Shown here: piece after piece, positions 54,663 to 64,000 of the stretch
Numbering within the stretch: the stretch's first letter is position 1
Layout of the letters: every line of letters starts with the position of its first letter
Origin: an uncultured Gemmatimonadota bacterium
GTDB taxonomy: Bacteria; Gemmatimonadota; Gemmatimonadetes; Palauibacterales; Palauibacteraceae
Reading direction: 5' to 3'
NCBI GenBank assembly: GCA_964627425.1
Contig: CAZVIY010000011.1
Location: forward strand, 7,763 to 71,762
DNA length: 64,000 nucleotides
Position numbers and translations under genes: made by a program
The notes under the pieces: model-generated
Seen by the model: the letters and a program-made list of their open reading frames with translations, nothing else
Told to the model about the DNA's origin: nothing
Database searches by the model: none

Positions 54663-55859
54663 GTGACCGGACGAGACCCACACCCCCGCGATCCGCCGTT
54701 CGGATCCGAGGAGTACGACCGGCGGCTGGCCGCCACCCGTCGCCGCATGGAGGAGCGGGGGCTCGACGCCCTGGTCGTGACCGACCCGGCCAACATGAAC
54801 TACCTCACGGGCTACGACGCCTGGTCCTTCTACGTGCCCCAGGCGGTCCTGGTCACCGGGAGCGGCTCCCCCACGTGGGTGGGCCGCGAGATGGACGGGG
54901 GAGCCGCCCGGGCCACCACCCGGCTGGATCCGGACCACGTCCTGACGTATCCGGACGAGTACGTGCAGTCCTCCCGCGACATCCATCCCATGGACTTCGT
55001 GGCGTCGACCCTGGCGGACCTGGGGCACGCCGGCGGCCGGGTCGGGGTGGAGATGGACGCCTACTACTACACGGCCCGGTCGGACCGGCGCCTGCGCGGG
55101 GGACTTCCGGACGCGAGCTTCCGGGACGCGACCCTGCTGGTGAACCGCGTCCGCCTCCGGAAGAGCCCGCGCGAGATCGAACTCATGGAGGACGCGGCAC
55201 GGGTGGCCGCCGAGGGCATGCGCCGCGGGATGGAGGCCCTGGCCCCGGGCGTCCCGGAATCGGCCGTGGCCGCGGCCATCTACCAGGGGCTCATCGGCGG
55301 CGTCGGAGGGATCGGGGGGGACTATCCGGCCATCGTCCCCCTCATGCCGGCGGGGAGGCACACCACGACCCCCCATCTCACCTGGTCGGACCGGCCCGTC
55401 CGTCGGGGGGAGCCGATCATCGTGGAGCTGGCCGGGGCCCGGCACCGGTACCACGCGCCCCTGGCCCGCACCGCCTTCGTCGGGGATCCGCCGGCCGAGC
55501 TGGCCCGGACGGCCGAGGCCGTGGTCGAGGGGCTGGAGGCGGCCCTCGCGGCTGTCCGCCCCGGGGCCCTGGCCGAGGACGTGGAGCGGGCCTGGCGCGA
55601 GAGCATCGCGGCCCACGGCCTGGAGAAGAGCTCGCGGCTGGGCTACTCGTGCGGGCTCGGGTATCCCCCGGACTGGGGCGAGCACACGGTGAGCCTGCGG
55701 CCCGGCGACGAGACGGTCCTGGAAGCGGGCATGACGTTCCACGTGATCCCGGGGCTCTGGCTGGACGACTTCGGGGTGGAGATCAGCGAGACCGTGGTCG
55801 TGACCGACGGGGGCGTGAGGACGCTCACCGATTTCCCCCGGGAGCTCCTCCTCCGCTGA
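54663..55859 (+). CDS. doeA: M24 family ectoine hydrolase DoeA/EutD-like
   Basis: Start corrected to GTG 54663. EEYDRRL, TDPANMNYLTGYDAWSFYVPQ, PHLTW, RYHAPLART, GYPPDWGEHTVSLR. Confidence 0.8.
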   Translation: MTGRDPHPRDPPFGSEEYDRRLAATRRRMEERGLDALVVTDPANMNYLTGYDAWSFYVPQAVLVTGSGSPTWVGREMDGGAARATTRLDPDHVLTYPDEYVQSSRDIHPMDFVASTLADLGHAGGRVGVEMDAYYYTARSDRRLRGGLPDASFRDATLLVNRVRLRKSPREIELMEDAARVAAEGMRRGMEALAPGVPESAVAAAIYQGLIGGVGGIGGDYPAIVPLMPAGRHTTTPHLTWSDRPVRRGEPIIVELAGARHRYHAPLARTAFVGDPPAELARTAEAVVEGLEAALAAVRPGALAEDVERAWRESIAAHGLEKSSRLGYSCGLGYPPDWGEHTVSLRPGDETVLEAGMTFHVIPGLWLDDFGVEISETVVVTDGGVRTLTDFPRELLLR

Positions 55860-56034
55860 GTCGCCGGCGGGGACGGCCGCCCCGCCGGAGGCCCCGCGAC
55901 CCCGCCACCGGCGACCGCCGTAGTCTCCCCGGCGCTTGCCCGACGGACCTCCTCCGGGAAGCTTTCCGGCGTCCCTCGACGCGACGACGGCTCCGCCCCC
56001 GGCGGCGGGCCCGACACCGGATCAGGAGCCTCAG

Positions 56035-58701
56035 ATGATGCGCCGTACCGCCCACCACGCGATCCCCAGCCCCTCCATCGCCGGCCGGCTCCTGGCGCTG
56101 CTGGCCCTCGGCGCCGGCCTCGCCCTGGGCCCGCCGGCGGCGCGGGCCCAGGAGTCCGGCCAGGCCCCCTCCTTCGCCGAGGTCACGGGCCACGAGTTCG
56201 GCCAGGAGATCACCCGGCATCACCAGATGGTCCGCTACCTGGAGGCGCTGGCCTCCTCCACGGACCGGGTGAGCCTGCTGGAGCAGGGGGAGAGCTGGGA
56301 GGGCAAGCGGCTCGTGGCAGCGGCCGTCACCAGTCCCGAGAACCAGGAGCGGCTGGAGGAGATCCGGGAGGTCAACGCCCGGCTGGCCGATCCCCGCGGC
56401 CTCTCCCCCGACGAGGCCGCCGAGCTCATGGACGGCCACCCCGTGGTCCTCTGGTACGGGGGTTCCATCCACGGGAACGAGCTCTCCGGGAGCGAGGGCG
56501 TCCTCAAGCTGTTGAGCCGGCTGGCCACGGCCGAGGACGACGCCACCCTCGCGGTGCTGGAGGGGGCGGTGACGATCATCGATCCCATGCTCAACCCCGA
56601 CGGCCGGGACGCCTTCGCCCGGGTGAACGCCGAGAACCGTGGCCGGGACCAGGCCACCAGTCCCGACGACTGGAGCAACGACTTCAGCATCTGGCAGGGC
56701 GTGAAGTACCGGACGGGCCACTACTACTTCGACACGAACCGTGACTGGTTCGCCCACACCCAGCGGGAGACGCGGGCCCGGGTGGGGACCATCCAGCGGT
56801 GGAGCCCCCAGGTCTCGGTGGACGCCCACGAGATGGGCGCCGCCGCCGAGTTCTACTTCGATCCCGCCGCCGAGCCCTACCCCGAGACCTTCCCCGAGTA
56901 CGCGCGGCAGGGGTTCGAGCGGTTCAACGAGGCCTACGCGGCGGCCTTCGACTCGGCCGGATTCGAGTACATGACCCGGGAGCGGTACAACTACTTCTAT
57001 CCGGGCTACACCACCTCCTACTCCAGCTACCAGAACTCGGTGGGGATGCTGTACGAGCAGGGCACGAGCGCCGGGCTGGCCCTGGAGCGGCCCGACGGTT
57101 CGGTGCGGACCCTGGCCGAGGCCCTGGAGCACCAGTACCTGGCGGCGTGGACCGCCGCCCGCACCGCCGTGGATGAGCGGCGCGAGGTGCTGGAGGACTG
57201 GCACGGCGCGATCCGGGCCGCCGTGAACGACGGCCGGGAGGGCGTCCGCCGGTACCTCGTCGAGCCGGGGGGCGACCCGGGCCTCGCCGCCGAGGCCGTC
57301 CGGCTGCTCCGGCGCAACGGGATCGAGGTCCGGGTGCTGGAGGAAGCCTCGTCGCTGGAGGGCGTCCGGGACCGGAGCGGCCGTGACGTGGGGAGCCGCT
57401 CCTTCCCCGCCGGGACCTGGGTCGTGGAGGCCGACCAGCCACGGAACCGCCTGGTCCGTGCGCTGCTCGAGCCCACGGTCCCCGTGCCCGAGGACTTCCT
57501 GGCCGAGGCCCGGGAGCGGGTGGAGAAGGACCTGAGCGCCCGCTTCTACGACATCACCTCCTGGTCCATCCCCCTCCTGTTCGACCTCCCGGGCTTCAGC
57601 TCCCGGGACGGCCGGTCCCTCCCGGCCCGCCCGCTGGAGGACGGAGCGCCGGTACGGGAGGCCACGGTCCCGTCCGCCGACGCGTCGTACGCCTACCTCC
57701 TGGACGGCCGGAGCGCGGCCAGCGCGGCGATGCTCTATCACCTGGCGGACCGGGGTCACCGGACCTTCATGCTCACCGACGGGATCCGGATCGGCGAACG
57801 GGAGCACTCCGCCGGGACGGGCGTGGCGCTGGTGGGACAGAGCGACGCCTCCCTCCACGAGGACGTCCGGGAGCTGGTCGCCCGCTTCCGGGTCGACGTG
57901 CGGGCCGTGAGCTCCGGCCTGGGCTCCGGCGACGGCCTCGCCCTGGGCACCGGCGACGCCGTCCCGCTCCGCGTCGGCGGGCCCTCGGTGGCCCTCCTGG
58001 CGGAGATGCCCGTCCACGGCTACTCCTTCGGCTGGACGTGGCACGCCCTCGATCGCCAGTACGAGATCCCCCACACGGTGCTCCGGGCCGGCTCGGTCTC
58101 CGGCGACGTCCTCTCCGAGCACGACGTCCTGGTGGTGCCCCACGTCTTCTCGGGCGCGGCCCTGGCCGACCGGCTGGGCGAGTCGGGGATGGAGCGGCTG
58201 GCGACCTGGATCCGCGAGGGCGGGACCCTGGTGGCCGTCGGGGGCGCGGTGGACTTCGCCCGGGAGGAGCTCGGCCTCCTCTCCCTGCGGGACTGGTACG
58301 AGGTCCGGGAGGAAGAGGACGGGCAGGAGCCCCAGCGCTTCGGGGTCCCGGGGGCCCTCTTCGGAGGGACCGTGGACGGGACCTGGTGGCTCGCCTCCGG
58401 CCTGGACGAGGACCTCCCCGTCCTGGTGAACTCCGACCGGATCTATCTCCCTCCCGCGGGGCCTCCCGACGCCTCCTCACGGGTGGTGGTGCGCTACGCC
58501 GAGGACGCCCCGACGCCCCGTTCCGGTCACGCCTGGGCGGAGAGCGTCGAGCGCCTGCCGGGCGCCGTCTTCGCCTACGAGGAACGCGTCGGCTCGGGGC
58601 GGATCGTCGCCTTCGCCGAGGATCCCAGCTTCCGGGGCTACTGGCGGGGTCCGGACCGCCTGCTCCTGAACGCCGTGGTCTTCGGCCCCACGGCGCCGTA
58701 A
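56035..58701 (+). CDS. Secreted M14 Zn carboxypeptidase family protein with C-terminal class I GATase-like domain
   Basis: Signal peptide, SIHGNE (HxxE), NPDGRD, DTNRDW, DAHEMG, WIREGGTLVAVG. Confidence 0.88.
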   Translation: MMRRTAHHAIPSPSIAGRLLALLALGAGLALGPPAARAQESGQAPSFAEVTGHEFGQEITRHHQMVRYLEALASSTDRVSLLEQGESWEGKRLVAAAVTSPENQERLEEIREVNARLADPRGLSPDEAAELMDGHPVVLWYGGSIHGNELSGSEGVLKLLSRLATAEDDATLAVLEGAVTIIDPMLNPDGRDAFARVNAENRGRDQATSPDDWSNDFSIWQGVKYRTGHYYFDTNRDWFAHTQRETRARVGTIQRWSPQVSVDAHEMGAAAEFYFDPAAEPYPETFPEYARQGFERFNEAYAAAFDSAGFEYMTRERYNYFYPGYTTSYSSYQNSVGMLYEQGTSAGLALERPDGSVRTLAEALEHQYLAAWTAARTAVDERREVLEDWHGAIRAAVNDGREGVRRYLVEPGGDPGLAAEAVRLLRRNGIEVRVLEEASSLEGVRDRSGRDVGSRSFPAGTWVVEADQPRNRLVRALLEPTVPVPEDFLAEARERVEKDLSARFYDITSWSIPLLFDLPGFSSRDGRSLPARPLEDGAPVREATVPSADASYAYLLDGRSAASAAMLYHLADRGHRTFMLTDGIRIGEREHSAGTGVALVGQSDASLHEDVRELVARFRVDVRAVSSGLGSGDGLALGTGDAVPLRVGGPSVALLAEMPVHGYSFGWTWHALDRQYEIPHTVLRAGSVSGDVLSEHDVLVVPHVFSGAALADRLGESGMERLATWIREGGTLVAVGGAVDFAREELGLLSLRDWYEVREEEDGQEPQRFGVPGALFGGTVDGTWWLASGLDEDLPVLVNSDRIYLPPAGPPDASSRVVVRYAEDAPTPRSGHAWAESVERLPGAVFAYEERVGSGRIVAFAEDPSFRGYWRGPDRLLLNAVVFGPTAP

Positions 58702-58714
58702 CGGAGGGGATCCC

Positions 58715-60343
58715 GTGGAGACACCCACCGTCCGGAGAGCGCTGACGCTGGCCCTGTGCGCGGCGCTGGTCCCGGCCTGCGAGCCGGCGTCGCCGGGCGC
58801 CGGATCCGGATCGGACCCGGCGGCCACCGGAGCCGGCCCGGGGGTCACCGTCGAGGGCCTGGGGACCACCTATTTCGCCACCTCCGGCGCCGAGGAGGCC
58901 CGGGCCCCGTTCCACCGGGGGGTGCTGCTCCTGCACAGCTTCGAGTACGCCGACGCGCGGGCGGCCTTCGACAGCGCCCGGGCGCTGGACCCGGACTTCG
59001 CCATGGCCTACTGGGGGGAGGCCATGACCCACAACCACCCCCTCTGGCGCCAGCAGGACCGCGAGGCGGCCCGGGCGGCGCTCCGGGAGCTGGCCCCCAC
59101 GCCGGAGGAGCGGCTGGCCAAGGCGGGCACCGAGCGGGAGCGGGCCTACCTGCAGGCCGTGGAGACCCTCTTCGGCGACGGTCCGAAGGCGCGACGGGAC
59201 ACCCTCTACGCCCGGGCCATGGGCCGGCTCGTGGAGCGCTTCCCCCGGGACCCCGAGGCGAAGGCGCTGCACGCCCTGTCGCTGCTGGGCCTGAGCGGCG
59301 GGGACCGCCACGTGCCCACCTACATGGACGCGGGGGCGCGGGCGCTGGGGCTCTTCCACGAGCACCCCGGCCATCCCGGCGCGGTCCACTACGCCATCCA
59401 CTCCTTCGACGATCCGGCCCACGCCCCCCTGGGCCTGGGCGCCGCGAGGGCCTACGCCGAGATCGCCCCCGGCGCCGACCACGCCCAGCACATGACCAGC
59501 CACATCTTCCTGGCCCTGGGCCACTGGTCGCGGGTGGTGGAGGCGAACGAGGCGGCCGCCCGGACGGTGGCGCGGGAGCGTGGGTACCGGGGCGAGCTCC
59601 ATCCGTGCGGCCACTACGCCGAGTGGCTCGCCTACGGCTACCTGCAGCAGGGGCGGTCCGGGGCCGCCCGGGACCTGATCCTGGCGTGCCACGAGACCGG
59701 CGGAGGTTCCGGCGACGGCGCCCCGGGATCGGTGGCCCGGATCCGCGCCCATTACCTGGTGGACGCCGATCCCCCCGCACCGGAGGTGGCCGGGCTGGCG
59801 CCGGAGGGCGGCTCCATGGCGATGGAGTGGAGGCTGGCGCGAGACTTCGGCGACGGCCTGTCCGCACTCGGCCAGGGGGACGTCGGGGCGGCACGGAGGG
59901 TGGCCGAGAGGCTCCAGGGGCGCGTCGCCGGAGAGCGGGAGGGCCTGGTGGCCGACGCCCGGGTCCTGGCCCTGGGGCTCCGGGCCCTGGCGGCCCGGGA
60001 GACGGGCGACCTGGAGGCCGCCCTCGAGCGGGCCCGGGAGGCGGCCGAGGTCGACGAGGCCCAGCCCGTGCCCTTCGGACCCCCCGCCAGCTACAAGCCG
60101 CCGCGGGAGCTCGAGGGTGAGATCCTGCTGGCCCTGGACCGGCCCGACGAGGCCGTGGCCGCCTTCCACCGGGCCCTGGAGCGAACCCCGCGACGCCCCG
60201 CCAGCCTGGAGGGGCTGGCCCGGGCGGCGGAGGCGGCGGGCCACGAGGAGGTGGCCCGGCGGGCACGGGCGCAGCTCCGGGAGATCCGGGGGAGCGAACC
60301 CCCCGGAGACGAGGGCGCCCCGTCGAGAGACGGGGAAACCTGA
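58715..60343 (+). CDS. TPR-repeat lipoprotein
   Basis: LVPAC lipobox; FHRGVLLLHSFEY, FAMAYWGEAM, HPGAVHYAIHSFD, HAQHMTSHIF; TPR helices. Confidence 0.85.
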   Translation: METPTVRRALTLALCAALVPACEPASPGAGSGSDPAATGAGPGVTVEGLGTTYFATSGAEEARAPFHRGVLLLHSFEYADARAAFDSARALDPDFAMAYWGEAMTHNHPLWRQQDREAARAALRELAPTPEERLAKAGTERERAYLQAVETLFGDGPKARRDTLYARAMGRLVERFPRDPEAKALHALSLLGLSGGDRHVPTYMDAGARALGLFHEHPGHPGAVHYAIHSFDDPAHAPLGLGAARAYAEIAPGADHAQHMTSHIFLALGHWSRVVEANEAAARTVARERGYRGELHPCGHYAEWLAYGYLQQGRSGAARDLILACHETGGGSGDGAPGSVARIRAHYLVDADPPAPEVAGLAPEGGSMAMEWRLARDFGDGLSALGQGDVGAARRVAERLQGRVAGEREGLVADARVLALGLRALAARETGDLEAALERAREAAEVDEAQPVPFGPPASYKPPRELEGEILLALDRPDEAVAAFHRALERTPRRPASLEGLARAAEAAGHEEVARRARAQLREIRGSEPPGDEGAPSRDGET

Positions 60344-60402
60344 CGAGTCGGCACGGGCCCGACGACGGGCCGTCCAGAGACACCATCGGGAGGGACGATA
60401 CC

Positions 60403-61263
60403 ATGCGATACCTGGTCCTGGGAGGAACGGGCACCGTGGGGAGCGCCGTCGCCGAGCGGCTCCTGGAACGGGGCCTGGAGGTGCGGATCCCCAGTCGGTC
60501 CGAGGAGAAGCTGTCGGAGCTCCCCGAGGGGGCGGAGGGCGTGGTGGGCGACATGGAGGACCCGTCCACCTACGGACGGATCTTCCGCGGCGTGGACCGG
60601 ATGTTCCTCCTGAATCCGGTCTCCCTCTCCGAGCTGCACCAGGGGCTCGCCGCCGTGAACGAGGCCCGGAGGGCCGGCGTGGAGCGGGCCGTCCACCTGT
60701 CGGTCCACCACGTGGAGGTGGGCGCCGACATCCCCCACTTCGCCTCGAAGATCGGGGTCGAGCGGGCGCTGGAGGAATCGGGGATGGAGTACACCGTCCT
60801 CCGGCCGAACAACTTCTTCCAGAACGACCTGTGGTTCCGGGAGGCCATCGTGGAGCACGGCGTCTATCCCCAGCCCATCGGACGGGTGGGGCTCAACCGG
60901 GTGGACACCCGGGACGTGGCCGACGCCGCCGTGAACGCCCTCACCGGATCGGGCCACGGGAACGAGAAGTACGCCCTGGTGGGACCGGAGGTGCTCACGG
61001 GGCCGGACTGCGCCCGGCTGTGGGGCGAGGCCCTGGGAAGCGACGTGGCCTACGGCGGCGACGACCTGGACGCGTGGGAGGAGCAGGCGCTCGGGATGCT
61101 GCCGGCGTGGATGGTCTACGACTTCCGGCTCATGTACGCCCGCTTCCAGGAGGAGGGGCTGGCCGCCAGCCGGACGGAGCTCCAGGAGACCCGGGAGATC
61201 CTGGGCCGTGAGCCGCGGAGCTTCCAGGACTTCGCCCGGGAGACCGCCTCCGCCTGGACGTAG
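60403..61263 (+). CDS. NmrA-like NAD(P)H-binding protein
   Basis: LVLGGTGTVG, VLRPNNFFQN, VDTRDVADAA. Confidence 0.9.
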   Translation: MRYLVLGGTGTVGSAVAERLLERGLEVRIPSRSEEKLSELPEGAEGVVGDMEDPSTYGRIFRGVDRMFLLNPVSLSELHQGLAAVNEARRAGVERAVHLSVHHVEVGADIPHFASKIGVERALEESGMEYTVLRPNNFFQNDLWFREAIVEHGVYPQPIGRVGLNRVDTRDVADAAVNALTGSGHGNEKYALVGPEVLTGPDCARLWGEALGSDVAYGGDDLDAWEEQALGMLPAWMVYDFRLMYARFQEEGLAASRTELQETREILGREPRSFQDFARETASAWT

Positions 61264-61332
61264 CGGGGACCCGGCCGCGAGGTACCCCGGAGGCGGCCGG
61301 GGGGGACGGCGCAGCACGGCACCCGGGGGCGG

Positions 61333-62076
61333 TCAGGACGGCGGCCAGCGGTATCCCTCGTCCCTGAGACGCCGGATGATGCGCCTGGTGTCCTCGGGGA
61401 AATCGGCCCCCAGCATCCAGTCCAGGTAGTCCTCGTGCTCGGAGATGGGCTCGCCCTCGTGGCGGCCGAAGGCGAAGACCACCCGGCCCTCCTCCAACCG
61501 GAGCTTGCCCGCACGGTCCACCTCGTGGGCCGGGGCCGTGAGCTCCACCATGCGCTCCCGGGAGAGTCCGTGGATCTCCTCCATGGCCTCCACGAGCTCC
61601 GCCAGCACCCGGGCGTCGCCCGCCGCGGCGTGGGCGTCCAGGTGAAACCGGCCCAGATGCCGCTCCACCGCCGCCCCGAGTGTGCGGTCGCCGGGCCTCT
61701 CCCCCGGCTCCACGGCGGTCCACACCCGGTACAGGTCGATCTCCTCCACCGTCTCCAGGTCCAGGCCCGGCTGGCCCGCCCGCCGGAGGGCCGCGTCCAG
61801 GAACGGCGTGTCGAAGGACCGGCTGTTGTAGCCGCACAGGCGGCGTCCCCGGAACATCGCCTGGATCTCCGCCGCCCGCTCGCTGAACCGGGGCTCGCCA
61901 CGCACGTCCTCGTCGTGGATCCCGTGGACGGCGCTGGCCCCCGGCGGGATGGGCACGCCCGGATCGAAGAGCAGGGTGAGCTCGCCCGGCTCGGTGGTGG
62001 GATCCAGGACCGCCATCTCCACGATCCGGTCGGTGTCGGGGTCGGTGCCCGTGGTCTCCAGGTCGAAGAAGAGCAT
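61333..62076 (-). CDS. DEDDh 3'-5' exonuclease (DNA polymerase III epsilon-like)
   Basis: Start likely MLFFDLETTG at 62076; GYNSRSFD, HAAAGD; C-terminal FGRHEG..YLDWML. Confidence 0.92.
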   Translation of the reverse strand: MLFFDLETTGTDPDTDRIVEMAVLDPTTEPGELTLLFDPGVPIPPGASAVHGIHDEDVRGEPRFSERAAEIQAMFRGRRLCGYNSRSFDTPFLDAALRRAGQPGLDLETVEEIDLYRVWTAVEPGERPGDRTLGAAVERHLGRFHLDAHAAAGDARVLAELVEAMEEIHGLSRERMVELTAPAHEVDRAGKLRLEEGRVVFAFGRHEGEPISEHEDYLDWMLGADFPEDTRRIIRRLRDEGYRWPPS

Positions 62077-62246
62077 GGTCCTCCGTCGTGGGGGAGCGAT
62101 TGTGAGGCGCCGTCGCGGGACGCCGACGCGGGACGCCATCGGGGGCCGACCACGCGGGACGCCGCGGGCCGTACGATGGCACGGCCGGTCACAACATAAT
62201 CATCCGGCGGCTGTCGCTGTCAGCACCTCGCCGTATGTTGCCCGCC

Positions 62247-63998
62247 ATGATCACGCGAGAATTCCTCCCCTGGCACGAGCACGCCCTCCCCGCCGCGGCC
62301 CGGCACCTGGCCGAGGAGGGCGCCGTCCGCGGCGCCGCGGGCCCCGGGCACGGCACGCTGGAGCTGGGCGACGCCGTGGTGGCCCTCCCCGCCGCCCGGG
62401 CCGGCCGCCGCCTCACGGAGCTCCTCATCCGGGAGGCGGAGGACCGGGACCTGGTGCTGGTCCCGCCCCGGACGGTCACGGTGGGGGCGCTCCCGGAGAT
62501 GCTGTACGCGCCGGACCGTCCCGTCGCCGAGGCCCATCTGGCCCGGCGGGTCTGGGCCGAGGCCCTCCGGGACCTCCCGGCCGCCGGGAGGGAGGCCGTC
62601 TTCCCCCATCCGCCGGACCCGGACGACCTGCCGGGCTGGGGCCGGCTGGGACGGCTGATCCACGAGCACCACGCGCTCCTCTCGGGCGAGGACGTCACGT
62701 TCGCCGACGCCGCCCGGGCCTGCCGCCGGGCGGGCCTCGACGGCGAAGCCCTGCGGTGGGAGGCGCTGGGCGCCGCCCGGGACGACTACCTCCGGCGGCT
62801 CCGGGAGATGGGACGGTCCGACCCCCACCGGGCCCGCGCCCGGGCCCTGGAGCGTGGGGAGCTCGCGGCGGAGGGCCCCGTCTACCTGGTGGGCGTGGTG
62901 GAGCTCCCCGGGATCACGCGGCGGATGCTCCGGTCCCTGGCCACCGACGGCGACGGACGCCTGGTCGCCCTGGTCCACGCGCCCGAGGACCGGGCCGGGG
63001 AGTTCGACGCCCTGGGCTGCGTGCGGACCGGAACCTGGGCGGAGGCGGACGTGGAGATCGACGACGAGGTCATCCTCCCGTGCGGCCGGCCGGGGGCCCA
63101 GGCCGAGGAGGTGATCCGCTGCCTCTCGGGCCCGGGGAGCGTGAGGGGGGCGGACCAGGTCACCGTGGGCGTGCCCGAAGGATCGGAGTCACTGGTGCCG
63201 CACCTGGAGGAGCGCTTCGCGTCGCGGGGAGTGCCGCACCGGCACGCGGTGGGGACCCCGCTCGAGGAGACCGGACCGCTCCGGCTCCTGGACGCCGTGG
63301 CGGGGGTGCTGGAGGAGGACCGCTTCCGGGAGCTGGCCGCCCTCCTCCGACACCCGGACGTGGAGGACCGCCTCTCCGGCGGCGGGGAGACGTCCGGCCC
63401 CCTGGCCGTGGCCGACCGCTACTTCCGGCGGCACTACCCCGATCGGCTCCCCGGGGACCAGACGCGGCCCGGCGGAGGCTCGGAGGACTGGGAGGCGTTC
63501 CGGGGGCTCCTGGCCGAGGTCGAGGAGATCCTGGAGCTGGACCCCCTCCGGGGACCCGAGCAGCGCCTGTCGGCATGGATGCCCGAGGTCCTGGGCCTCC
63601 TGGAGCGGATTTACGGCGGCCGGCGGCTGGACCGCTCCACGGGCCGGGGCCGCGAGCTGGCCACGGTGCTGACCGAGGTGAAGGACGCCGCCGCCGGCCT
63701 CCACGATCTCCCCCGTCCGGCCGACCCGGAGTGCAGCGGCCCCGCGGCCATCCGTCTGCTGCTGGCCGAGCTCCGGGACGAATCGGTGCCACCGCTCCCG
63801 GGCCGGGCGGCCGTGGAGATCCTGGGCTGGCTGGAACTCCACCTGGACGACGCGCCGGAGCTGGTGATCACCGGCATGAACGAGGGCCTGGTCCCGGCCA
63901 GCGTGAACGCCGATCTCTTCCTGCCCGACGGCCTCCGCCGGAGGCTGGGGCTCCCGGACAACGACGACCGCCTCGCCCGGGACGCGTACCGCCTGACG
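62247..63998 (+). CDS. AddB/RexB-like PD-(D/E)XK recombination protein; partial, runs off window end
   Basis: Not in ORF track (no stop in window). MITREFLPW.., VALPAARAGRRL, TVGALPE, AVEILGWLEL, VITGMNEGLVP, FLPDGLRRRLGLPDN; alternative ATG at 62235. Confidence 0.8.
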   Translation, partial: MITREFLPWHEHALPAAARHLAEEGAVRGAAGPGHGTLELGDAVVALPAARAGRRLTELLIREAEDRDLVLVPPRTVTVGALPEMLYAPDRPVAEAHLARRVWAEALRDLPAAGREAVFPHPPDPDDLPGWGRLGRLIHEHHALLSGEDVTFADAARACRRAGLDGEALRWEALGAARDDYLRRLREMGRSDPHRARARALERGELAAEGPVYLVGVVELPGITRRMLRSLATDGDGRLVALVHAPEDRAGEFDALGCVRTGTWAEADVEIDDEVILPCGRPGAQAEEVIRCLSGPGSVRGADQVTVGVPEGSESLVPHLEERFASRGVPHRHAVGTPLEETGPLRLLDAVAGVLEEDRFRELAALLRHPDVEDRLSGGGETSGPLAVADRYFRRHYPDRLPGDQTRPGGGSEDWEAFRGLLAEVEEILELDPLRGPEQRLSAWMPEVLGLLERIYGGRRLDRSTGRGRELATVLTEVKDAAAGLHDLPRPADPECSGPAAIRLLLAELRDESVPPLPGRAAVEILGWLELHLDDAPELVITGMNEGLVPASVNADLFLPDGLRRRLGLPDNDDRLARDAYRLT

Positions 63999-64000
63999 GC

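Noticed and set aside
393-64000. Many long overlapping or antisense ORFs (e.g. 393-1820, 2489-4099, 6311-8530, 9922-12897, 17498-21157, 55825-58143, 57773-60244)
   Set aside because: Rich in Arg/Pro/Gly or His/Val/Gln with no motifs; expected from stop-codon scarcity in high-GC DNA opposite real genes
1-64000. tRNA, rRNA, transposase, integrase or prophage genes
   Set aside because: No cloverleaf with T-loop consensus, rRNA signature or mobile-element motif seen by eye; tRNAscan/barrnap not run

Overview
A very GC-rich bacterial window, mostly housekeeping and envelope genes. The gene set (BlaI-type repressor, Tat-exported amidase, tricorn-like S41 protease, AddB-like nuclease, ASPIC/UnbV proteins) suggests a Gemmatimonadota-like host; this is inference only. 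About 55 CDS are supportable, and many starts in the ORF track are over-extended and are corrected here. I saw no rRNA, tRNA, CRISPR array, transposase or integrase. Most notable is the non-coding interval 35399-36164. It holds two tandem paralogous elements on the minus strand, each with a TTGACA-16 nt-TAnnTT promoter and a 3' hairpin. They share a core of about 200 nt whose substitutions include a long-range compensatory C-G/U-A pair and two G·U-compatible changes, which points to an unrecognised structured ncRNA. Second is a coupled four-gene cassette (17366-24902): a tandem YjbQ-like protein, a UnbV/ASPIC protein, a UnbU/RnfD-like membrane protein and a large TPR-FG-GAP-ASPIC lipoprotein. 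These resemble the accessory genes of enediyne cassettes, but there is no PKS in the window. Also present: an osmotic cluster (trkAH, mscS, mscL with a Zn ribbon), a DoeA-like hydrolase divergent from a Na+/solute symporter with a small membrane partner, a truncated SDR remnant, a solo rtcA and several unknown small or secreted proteins. All family calls come from motif recognition by eye; no searches were run.
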